Of a DNA stretch of 32,000 nucleotides, positions 14,565-21,706 are shown piece after piece. The notes below the pieces were generated by a model that saw nothing but the letters and a program-made list of their open reading frames with translations, was not told the origin of the DNA and did no database searches. Each line of letters opens with the position of its first letter. The first letter of the stretch is position 1. The translations under genes and the position numbers were made by a program. The stretch spans positions 3,266,497 to 3,298,496 of the forward strand of contig NC_003902.1 in NCBI RefSeq assembly GCF_000007145.1. The letters are read 5' to 3'. This DNA comes from Xanthomonas campestris pv. campestris str. ATCC 33913 (GTDB lineage: Bacteria; Pseudomonadota; Gammaproteobacteria; Xanthomonadales; Xanthomonadaceae).

Positions 14565-16883
14565 ATGACTCCCAGGATTTCCCCGCTCACTTCGGCCGTG
14601 TTGCTGACGCTGTCCGCTCCTGCCTTCGCCCAGCCTGGCGACGCGCCGGCACCTCCGGGCGCAGTGGATCTGGATGCGATCCGGGTGCAGCAGGAGCGTG
14701 CGCAGAAGCCGTCCTCGCCCAAGTACACCGAGGCGCTGCGCGACACCCCGCAGACCATCACCGTGGTCACCAAGCAGACCATGGACCAGCAGAACCTGCT
14801 GTCGCTGCGTGATGTGCTCAGCACCCTGCCCGGCATCACCTTTGGTGCAGGCGAAGGCGGCGGCGGGTATGGCGACAGCATCAACCTGCGCGGCTTTACC
14901 GCCAGCAGCGACATCACCACCGACGGCGTGCGCGACAGCGCGCAGTACAGCCGCAGCGACACCTTCAACCTGGAAGCGGTGGAGCTGATCAACGGCGCCA
15001 ACTCGGCAATGTCCGGCGCAGGCTCGGTCGGTGGCAACATCAACCTGGTGACCAAGACCGCCGGCCAAGGCGACTTCACCAACGTGCTGATCGGCGGCGG
15101 CAGCGACCGCTACGGCCGCCTCACCGTCGACAGCAACTACGACTTCGAAAACGGCACCGCGGTGCGCTTGAACACCATGGGTCATACCCAGGACGTGCCG
15201 GGCCGCGATGAGGAATTCCGTCATCGCTGGGGCTTTGCGCCGTCGGTGGCGTTCGGGCTGGGCTCGGACACGCGCTTCACGCTGAGCTACCTGCACCAGC
15301 ACGACAACAACCTGCCGCAGTACGGCGTGCCGTTCGCGCTCAGCCCGTTCAACGATGGCCCGCTGCCGGGCGTGGACCGCGAAACCTATTACGGCTATCG
15401 CAATGTGTCGCGTCAGGAGATCGACGTGGACATGCTGACCGGCGTGCTGGAAATGGACTTCGACGACAACGTCAAACTGCGCAGCCTGGCGCGTGTGCAG
15501 CGCGTGGACCAGACCACCACGGCCACCGCGCCGGAAGGCACCTGGTGCCTGCCCAACAACACCAACGCCTACACCGGCCGCGCCTGCGTCGGCCAGCCGC
15601 CGTCCACCTGGAACCCGAACAGCGGCCCGCGCGGGCTGGTGCGCGAGACCGAAAACTTCATCGCCCACAGCCAGACCGACCTGACCGCCACCCTGCACAC
15701 CGGCGCCATCGAGCACCGCGTGGTCGCCGGCGTGGCCTTCAGCAAGGAAGATTTCGAACTCGATAGCGGCAGCATCTTCCGCAATGCCGACGGCTCCACC
15801 ACCGGCATCACCTACCCGCTGCAGACCTTCGACAACCCGTACAACATCTGGACCGGCCCGCAGAACTATTTCCGCACCGGACGCAGCAAGGGCAGCCTGA
15901 CCAATCAGGCGGTGTACCTGTTCGACACGCTGCAGTTCAACGAGCAATGGATGCTCAACCTGGGCGGCCGTTACGAACACAACGAAGGCGACAGCACCAC
16001 CTACACCGTCAATGCCACCGGCGGCGTGACCGGCGTGACTCCGGGGTTCCCGGCAGGCAGCGAAGAGGATCTGTTCTCCTACCGCGCCGGCCTGGTATTC
16101 AAGCCGGTCGACAACGCCAGCCTGTATCTGTCCTACGCCAACAGCAAGACCCCGTCCAAGGCGTCGGTCAATGGCTCGTGCACGCCGATCGCCACTGCCA
16201 CCGTCGGCGCCAACTGCAATGTGGAGCCGGAAAGCGCGGTCAATATCGAACTCGGCGGTAAGTGGGACGTGTTGAACGAGCGTCTGGCACTGACGGCGGC
16301 GGTGTTCCGCAACGAGCGCGAGAACTACAAGGTCAACAGCGGCGACCCGCTGATTCCCGAGCAGGTGCTCGACGGCAAGGCGCGCGTGGATGGCATTGCG
16401 CTGGGCGCGGCCGGCTACCTGACCGAGCGTTGGTCGGTCTTCGCCAACTACACTTTCCTGGACAGCGAAGTGCTGCAGAGCGTTTCCAACCGCACTGCCA
16501 GCCTCACCGGCGACCCGATTGCCGGACGCGAACTGGTGCAGACCCCGCGCAACGCCGGCAATCTCTGGACCACGTATCAGCTCAACGAGTGGACGTTCGG
16601 GTACGGCGTCAATTACCAGGGCAGCTTCTATCCGAACAACACCTCGACCGCGGTCTACCGCAAGACCGACGCGTACTGGGTGCACCGCGCGATGGTCGGC
16701 CTGCGCGTCAACGACTGGCTCAGCCTGCAGTTGAACGTCAACAACCTGTTCGACAAGGAGTACTACACCAGCATCCGCAACAACCTCACCGTCAACGCCG
16801 CGGGCACCGTCACCGCCGGCAGCGGCTGGGCGTTGCCGGGTGATGGCCGCTCGGCGGTATTGAACGCGACCTTCAGCTTCTGA
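14565..16883 (+). CDS. TonB-dependent siderophore receptor (Fiu/PiuA/CirA-like catecholate type)
   Basis: The ORF is 772 aa. The signal peptide is MTPRISPLTSAVLLTLSAPAFAQ. Plug motifs are DTPQTITVVT and LRGF, and the protein ends in the beta-barrel terminus ...LNATFSF. A piuC/ybiX homologue follows directly, as in fiu-ybiX and piuA-piuC. Confidence 0.92.
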   Translation: MTPRISPLTSAVLLTLSAPAFAQPGDAPAPPGAVDLDAIRVQQERAQKPSSPKYTEALRDTPQTITVVTKQTMDQQNLLSLRDVLSTLPGITFGAGEGGGGYGDSINLRGFTASSDITTDGVRDSAQYSRSDTFNLEAVELINGANSAMSGAGSVGGNINLVTKTAGQGDFTNVLIGGGSDRYGRLTVDSNYDFENGTAVRLNTMGHTQDVPGRDEEFRHRWGFAPSVAFGLGSDTRFTLSYLHQHDNNLPQYGVPFALSPFNDGPLPGVDRETYYGYRNVSRQEIDVDMLTGVLEMDFDDNVKLRSLARVQRVDQTTTATAPEGTWCLPNNTNAYTGRACVGQPPSTWNPNSGPRGLVRETENFIAHSQTDLTATLHTGAIEHRVVAGVAFSKEDFELDSGSIFRNADGSTTGITYPLQTFDNPYNIWTGPQNYFRTGRSKGSLTNQAVYLFDTLQFNEQWMLNLGGRYEHNEGDSTTYTVNATGGVTGVTPGFPAGSEEDLFSYRAGLVFKPVDNASLYLSYANSKTPSKASVNGSCTPIATATVGANCNVEPESAVNIELGGKWDVLNERLALTAAVFRNERENYKVNSGDPLIPEQVLDGKARVDGIALGAAGYLTERWSVFANYTFLDSEVLQSVSNRTASLTGDPIAGRELVQTPRNAGNLWTTYQLNEWTFGYGVNYQGSFYPNNTSTAVYRKTDAYWVHRAMVGLRVNDWLSLQLNVNNLFDKEYYTSIRNNLTVNAAGTVTAGSGWALPGDGRSAVLNATFSF

Positions 16884-16893
16884 TTCATCAACG

Positions 16894-16918
16894 CGCCGTC
16901 CGCAGTCCGCGGACGGCG
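16894..16918 (+). other. Intercistronic GC hairpin between the receptor gene and piuC
   Basis: CGCCGTCCGC (16894-16903) pairs with GCGGACGGCG (16909-16918) around a 5-nt loop. There is no T-run. A GGAGA ribosome-binding site for piuC follows immediately. Confidence 0.55.
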
Positions 16919-16931
16919 TGGAGACCACTGC

Positions 16932-17618
16932 ATGTTGTTGCCCATTCCCGACGTCCTGACGCCCGCCCAGCTGAGCCAGCTGAGTGAGCGTTTGGACGCG
17001 GCCGACTGGGCCGATGGCCGCATCACCGCCGGCCATCAGTCCGCGCAGGCCAAGGACAACGCGCAGTTGCCCGAAGACAGCCCGATCGCGCGCGAGGCCA
17101 GTGCGCTGGTGCTCGACGCGCTGTCGCGCAGCAGTACGTTTTTTTCCGCCGCGTTGCCGCGCCGGATCTATCCACCGCTGTTCAATCGCTACAGCGGCGG
17201 GCAGTCGTTCGGCTACCACGTCGACAATGCGGTGCGTTACGACCGCAGCCGTGGCGGCGCCGATCCGGTGCGCACCGACGTCTCCGCCACGCTGTTCCTC
17301 AGCGACCCGGACAGCTACGACGGCGGCGAGCTGGTGATCGAAGACACCTACGGCACGCAGTCGGTGAAATTGCCGGCCGGCCATCTGGTGATCTACCCCG
17401 GCACCAGCCTGCATAAAGTGATGCCGGTGACGCGTGGCACGCGTGTCGCCTCGTTCTTCTGGATACAAAGCATGCTGCGCAACGATGCACAGCGCCGCCT
17501 GCTGTTCGAATTGGACGTGTCGATCCGTCGTTTGACCCAGGACACGCCCGGGCATCCGTCGCTGATCCAGCTCACCGGCGTGTATCACAACCTGCTGCGG
17601 CAATGGGCCGATGTCTGA
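16932..17618 (+). CDS. piuC: PKHD-type Fe(II)/2-oxoglutarate-dependent hydroxylase PiuC/YbiX
   Basis: The 228-aa ORF starts [14 protein letters not shown] and contains FGYHVDNA (HxD), [10 protein letters not shown], and a distal His in GTSLHKV. The sequence is very similar to my recollection of YbiX/PiuC. Confidence 0.88.
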   Translation: MLLPIPDVLTPAQLSQLSERLDAADWADGRITAGHQSAQAKDNAQLPEDSPIAREASALVLDALSRSSTFFSAALPRRIYPPLFNRYSGGQSFGYHVDNAVRYDRSRGGADPVRTDVSATLFLSDPDSYDGGELVIEDTYGTQSVKLPAGHLVIYPGTSLHKVMPVTRGTRVASFFWIQSMLRNDAQRRLLFELDVSIRRLTQDTPGHPSLIQLTGVYHNLLRQWADV

Positions 17619-18369
17619 GCCGGTGCTGGACACCGCGCAGGTGATCGCCGCACTGCGCACGCAGCCCGCGCAGGCGGTGGCGTTGCTACGCAAGGCGGCC
17701 GATCGCCAGGATGTGGCCGCACAGCTTCTGCTCGCACAACTCTACGCAGAAGGCCGCGGCGTCGCGGCCGATCCGATCCAGGCGATGCTGTGGTACGAAG
17801 TGGCCGCCAATGCAGGGCACCCGGAAGCGATGAACCAGCTCGGGCGCTGCCACGAACTGGGCTTCGGCACGCCCTGCAATCTGGAGCTGGCGGCGCTGTG
17901 GTTTCGCCGCGCCGCCGCGCATGGCCTGGACTGGGGCATGTACAACCTGGCCCACCTGTACGCCTCCGGCCGCGGCGTCGCGCAGGACCACACCCAGGCG
18001 TTGGCGCTGTATCGCCGCGCTGCCGAACACGGGCACGCCAAGTCGATGAATTTCGTGGCGCGCTATCTGGAGCAAGGCCTGGCCGGCGCTGCAGATCCGC
18101 ACGCCGCCCGCGCCTGGTACCGCCGCTCCGCCGAGGCCGGCGATTTCCGCGGGCAAGCCGGTTTTGCGACGGTGCTGGCCGACGACGGCGACATCGATCA
18201 GGCCGAAGTCTGGATGCGCCGCGCCATCGCTGGCGGGCATGCCGGGTTCCTGCGCCAACTCACCCCGCTGCTGGCCGCCGCTCCACAACCCCGCCTGCGC
18301 GCATTGCTGAGCGAAGTGCGTGCGCGGCAGTCGCCTGCGCCGCCCGCCACCTCCACGGCGGCGGCCTGA
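17611..18369 (+). CDS. Sel1-repeat (TPR-like) protein with no signal peptide
   Basis: The ORF is 252 aa. Its ATG overlaps the piuC stop by 8 nt (ATGTCTGA). It has at least five Sel1-type repeats, for example [34 protein letters not shown] and [30 protein letters not shown]. Confidence 0.82.
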   Translation: MSEPVLDTAQVIAALRTQPAQAVALLRKAADRQDVAAQLLLAQLYAEGRGVAADPIQAMLWYEVAANAGHPEAMNQLGRCHELGFGTPCNLELAALWFRRAAAHGLDWGMYNLAHLYASGRGVAQDHTQALALYRRAAEHGHAKSMNFVARYLEQGLAGAADPHAARAWYRRSAEAGDFRGQAGFATVLADDGDIDQAEVWMRRAIAGGHAGFLRQLTPLLAAAPQPRLRALLSEVRARQSPAPPATSTAAA

Positions 18370-18374
18370 CCCAC

Positions 18375-19019
18375 ATGGCGCCCGCCTCCTCCACCGATCA
18401 GCTCGGCGCCGCGCAACAACGGCGCGGCTTCTGGCTGCGCATGCTGCATCAATGGCACTGGATCAGTTCGGCGGTGTGCCTGATCGGCATGCTGCTGTTT
18501 ACCGTCACCGGCCTCACCTTGAATCACGCCGCGCGCATCGAAGCCACTCCTTCGACCGAGCACCGCACGCTCACGCTGCCTACTGCGCTGCTGCAGACCC
18601 TGGGCACGCGCCAGGAAGGCAATGCGCCACTGCCGCCGCGCGTCGCACAGTGGCTGGGCCGCGAACTGGACATCAGCGTCGGCACGCGCGAGGGCGAATG
18701 GTCGCCGGAGGAAATCTATCTCGCACTGCCGCGCCCCGGTGGCGATGCCTGGCTGAGCCTGGACCGCAGCACCGGCGCGGTGGAATACGAGCGCACCGGG
18801 CGCGGCGCGATCGCCTACCTCAACGATCTGCACAAGGGCCGCAACGCCGGGCCAGCCTGGGGCTGGTTTATCGACGTGTTCGCCATCGCCTGCCTGGTGT
18901 TTTGCATCACCGGCCTGTTTTTACTGCACCTGCACGCGCGCCAGCGGCGCATGACCTGGCCGCTGGTTGGCCTAGGCTTGCTGATTCCGCTGTTGCTTGC
19001 CCTGTTGCTGATCCACTGA
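18375..19019 (+). CDS. PepSY-associated TM-helix (PepSY_TM, PiuB/FoxB-like) inner-membrane protein
   Basis: I trimmed track ORF 17790..19019 to the ATG at 18375 (MAPASSTDQLG...). There are three hydrophobic helices. The two His-containing signature motifs, FWLRMLHQWHW and AYLNDLHKGRNAG, are present. Confidence 0.82.
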   Translation: MAPASSTDQLGAAQQRRGFWLRMLHQWHWISSAVCLIGMLLFTVTGLTLNHAARIEATPSTEHRTLTLPTALLQTLGTRQEGNAPLPPRVAQWLGRELDISVGTREGEWSPEEIYLALPRPGGDAWLSLDRSTGAVEYERTGRGAIAYLNDLHKGRNAGPAWGWFIDVFAIACLVFCITGLFLLHLHARQRRMTWPLVGLGLLIPLLLALLLIH

Positions 19020-19042
19020 CCCTATCGCCTCCGGAGACGACC

Positions 19043-19558
19043 ATGCGCGCCACCTTGACCATCGCACTGAGCGGCCTGCTCGCCATGCCGGCGTATGCGG
19101 CCACGCTCGATATCAACGTCGAGATCCCCAAGCTCAATGTCGCCGAATACCACCGCCCGTACGTGGCGATCTGGGTCGAAGGCGCCGACCAGAAGGCCGC
19201 TGCCAACCTGGCAGTCTGGTACCAGTCCAAGGACACCGCCGAAGGCCATGGCACCAAATGGCTGCCAGACTTGCGCCAGTGGTGGCGCAAGAGCGGGCGC
19301 ACCCTGGAGGTGCCGGTCGACGGCGTTACCGGCCCGACCCGACCCGCCGGCGCGCACGCGTTGTCGTTCACCGATACCAAGGGTGCGCTGAAGTCGCTGC
19401 CGGCCGGCCAATACACGCTGGTGGTGGAGGCCGCGCGTGAAGTGGGCGGCCGCGAGCTGGTCAAAGTGCCTTTCACCTGGCCGGCCACCGCTGCACAGAC
19501 GGCCAAGGCCAGCGGCAGCAGCGAGCTGGGCACGGTCAGCCTGGTCGGCAAGCCCTGA
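19043..19558 (+). CDS. DUF2271 periplasmic protein, a candidate flavinylation substrate
   Basis: I trimmed track ORF 18320..19558 to the ATG at 19043, which follows a GGAGA ribosome-binding site. The signal peptide is [30 protein letters not shown] and [13 protein letters not shown] are typical of DUF2271 as I recall it. A flavinylation-like motif, DGVTGPT, lies at 19319-19339. Confidence 0.8.
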   Translation: MRATLTIALSGLLAMPAYAATLDINVEIPKLNVAEYHRPYVAIWVEGADQKAAANLAVWYQSKDTAEGHGTKWLPDLRQWWRKSGRTLEVPVDGVTGPTRPAGAHALSFTDTKGALKSLPAGQYTLVVEAAREVGGRELVKVPFTWPATAAQTAKASGSSELGTVSLVGKP

Positions 19559-19709
19559 TCGTGCGCTGCGCGCGGTCGCTCGCACGCGCCGAGTGCGATG
19601 CGAGTCCCCCGCACGCACGGCGTTATTCGATCTTCCACGCATCCACGCGGCGCAGCTGTGCGCTGACCAGATACGCGACCACCGCCCTCATCTTCTGCAA
19701 GGAGTTGCC

Positions 19710-20513
19710 ATGAAACGTCCTCTCGTCCTGATCGCCCTGCTCGCCGCACTGCCGGTCACCGCCCTCGCGCACAAGGCCTGGTTGCTGCCTTCGCAGACCG
19801 TCCTCGCTGGCGAAGCGCCGTGGATCACCGTCGATGCCGCGGTGTCCAACGACCTGTTCTATTTCAACCACGTGCCGCTGCGGCTGGACAACCTGACCAT
19901 CACCGCGCCCGATGGCAGCGCGCTCAAGCCGGAGAATCCGGCCACCGGCAAGTACCGCAGCGTGTTCGACCTGCAGCTCACCCAGCCCGGCACCTACAAG
20001 CTCAGCATCACCAATGCCGGCCTGTTCGCCAGCTGGAAGGAAGACGGCAAGCCCAAGCGCTGGCGCGGTAACGAAACCAGCTTCGCCACCGAAGTGCCGA
20101 AGAACGCGCAGGAACTGCAGGTCTCCCAGTCGCTCAATCGCGTGGAAACCTTCGTGACCCGCGGCGCGCCCACCACCACCGTGTTCAAGCCCAGCGGCAA
20201 GGGCATCGAGCTGATTCCGGTCACTCACCCCAACGACCTGGTCGCTGGTGAAGCCGCGCAGTTCACTCTGCAACTGGATGGCAAACCGGCGGCCGGCCTG
20301 GAGATCGAAATCGTGCGTGGCGGTACCCGCTACCGCGATGCGCAGAACGAGATCAAGCTCAAGACCGACGCCAAGGGCGGCTTCAGCGTGACCTGGCCGG
20401 AGCCGGGCATGTACTGGCTGGAAACCACCGCCGAAGACACCAAAACTTCGCTGCCGCAGGCCAAGCAGCGCCGTCTCGGCTATGTCGCCACGTTGGAAGT
20501 GTTGCCGCAGTAA
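19710..20513 (+). CDS. DUF4198 periplasmic protein
   Basis: I trimmed track ORF 19437..20513 to the ATG at 19710, which follows an AAGGAG ribosome-binding site. The signal peptide is [20 protein letters not shown], followed by HKAWLLPS. The sequence is rich in beta-strand-like segments and resembles the DUF4198 family. Confidence 0.8.
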   Translation: MKRPLVLIALLAALPVTALAHKAWLLPSQTVLAGEAPWITVDAAVSNDLFYFNHVPLRLDNLTITAPDGSALKPENPATGKYRSVFDLQLTQPGTYKLSITNAGLFASWKEDGKPKRWRGNETSFATEVPKNAQELQVSQSLNRVETFVTRGAPTTTVFKPSGKGIELIPVTHPNDLVAGEAAQFTLQLDGKPAAGLEIEIVRGGTRYRDAQNEIKLKTDAKGGFSVTWPEPGMYWLETTAEDTKTSLPQAKQRRLGYVATLEVLPQ

Positions 20514-20525
20514 TCGCCGCATGCA

Positions 20526-20561
20526 CGTCACTGCATTGATCCGATAACCAATGCAGTGACG
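20526..20561 (+). other. Perfect 13-bp stem-loop downstream of the DUF4198 gene
   Basis: CGTCACTGCATTG (20526-20538) pairs with CAATGCAGTGACG (20549-20561) around a 10-nt loop. No T-run follows. It lies in the 218-bp gap before apbE. Confidence 0.6.
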
Positions 20562-20731
20562 CTGTTGAGACGGCACATGCTATCGGCGTGTACCGTCTGC
20601 CACGTGCGCAGCGCACGCTGCACCAACCGACGCATCCTCTGCTGCTTCAAAGACACGCCGCGTGATGCAAACGGCACGTTCGCGCGTCACCATGGCTGCC
20701 TCAAGGCAGCGCCTGCTCGACCGGTCAACAC

Positions 20732-21706
20732 ATGCACCCAGTTTCTTCCGCAGATGACACCGTTGCCACGCTGGGCGGCCGCAGCATGGGCACCACCTGG
20801 AGCGTGAAAATGGTGGCGCCGCGCGGCCGCGATCTGCATCCGTTGCATGCGGTGATCCAGGGTGCGCTCGATCGCGTGGTCGCGCAGATGAGCACCTGGG
20901 ACGCAGACTCGGACATCACCCGCTTCAACCGTGCCGCCGCCGGCACCTGGCAGCGGTTGCCGGACGCGTTCCACCGTGTGCTGACCACGGCGCTGGAGAT
21001 TGCGCGTGCCAGCGATGGCGCGTTCGATCCAACCGTCGGCCCGATGGTAGACCTGTGGGGCTTCGGTGCCGCCGGTGGGCCGCGCAAGGTGCCCAGTGCC
21101 GAGCAGATCGCCCTGGCCCGGCAGCGCTGTGGCTGGCAGCGCCTGCAACTGGACGCAGACAGAGCACTGCAACCCGGCGCGCTTGCATTGGATTTGTCGG
21201 GCATCGCCAAGGGCTTCGGTGTGGACTGCGTGCAGCGCGCGTTGGCGCAGGCGGGCATCGCCAGCGCGTTGATCGATGTCGGCGGCGAGCTGTTTGGATA
21301 CGGCCGCAAACCCGATGGCAGCGCATGGCGTGTCCTGGTGGAATCAGCGCCCGACGAAGACGCAGGCACCGCACTGCCCGCGCGCGTGCTGGCACTGGAT
21401 GGACTGGCCGTGGCCACCTCCGGCGACCGCTGGCACCGCTTCGAGGCCGGCGGCGTACGTTACGCGCATACCTTCGACCCACGCCTGGGCGCGCCGGTTG
21501 CGCAGGCAGCGGCCGCGGTCACCGTGCTGGCGCACGATGCGATGCATGCCGATGCCTGGGCAACCGCAATGACCGTGCTCGGTGTTGACGCGGGCCTGGC
21601 TTATGCGACGAACGCAGGGCTTGCGGTGCGCTTTTTGCAGCGCCGCGGCGCGGATTTGCAGGAATCCATGAGCCCGGCGTTTGAAACGCATCTGGCTGCC
21701 GCATGA
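20732..21706 (+). CDS. apbE: ApbE-family FAD:protein FMN transferase
   Basis: The 324-aa ORF contains SMGTTWSV, FDPTVGPMVDLWGFG, DLSGIAKGFGVD and ATSGDRWHRFEAGGVRYAHTFDPRLGAP. An in-frame TGA at 20663-20665 limits any upstream extension. Confidence 0.87.
   Translation: MHPVSSADDTVATLGGRSMGTTWSVKMVAPRGRDLHPLHAVIQGALDRVVAQMSTWDADSDITRFNRAAAGTWQRLPDAFHRVLTTALEIARASDGAFDPTVGPMVDLWGFGAAGGPRKVPSAEQIALARQRCGWQRLQLDADRALQPGALALDLSGIAKGFGVDCVQRALAQAGIASALIDVGGELFGYGRKPDGSAWRVLVESAPDEDAGTALPARVLALDGLAVATSGDRWHRFEAGGVRYAHTFDPRLGAPVAQAAAAVTVLAHDAMHADAWATAMTVLGVDAGLAYATNAGLAVRFLQRRGADLQESMSPAFETHLAAA

Noticed and set aside
14337-17693. A 1118-aa ORF on the minus strand, the longest ORF in the track.
   Set aside because: It is exactly antisense to the TonB-dependent receptor and piuC genes, which have clear motifs. 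The translation is Ala/Arg/Gly-rich low-complexity sequence with no recognisable domain. This is a typical high-GC shadow ORF.
20556-20807. An 83-aa ORF in the DUF4198-apbE spacer, considered as a missing ApbE signal-peptide exon or frameshifted N-terminus.
   Set aside because: The translation (MTLLRRHMLSACTVCHVRSARC...) has no signal-peptide or lipobox character. It overlaps the genuine ApbE start out of frame.
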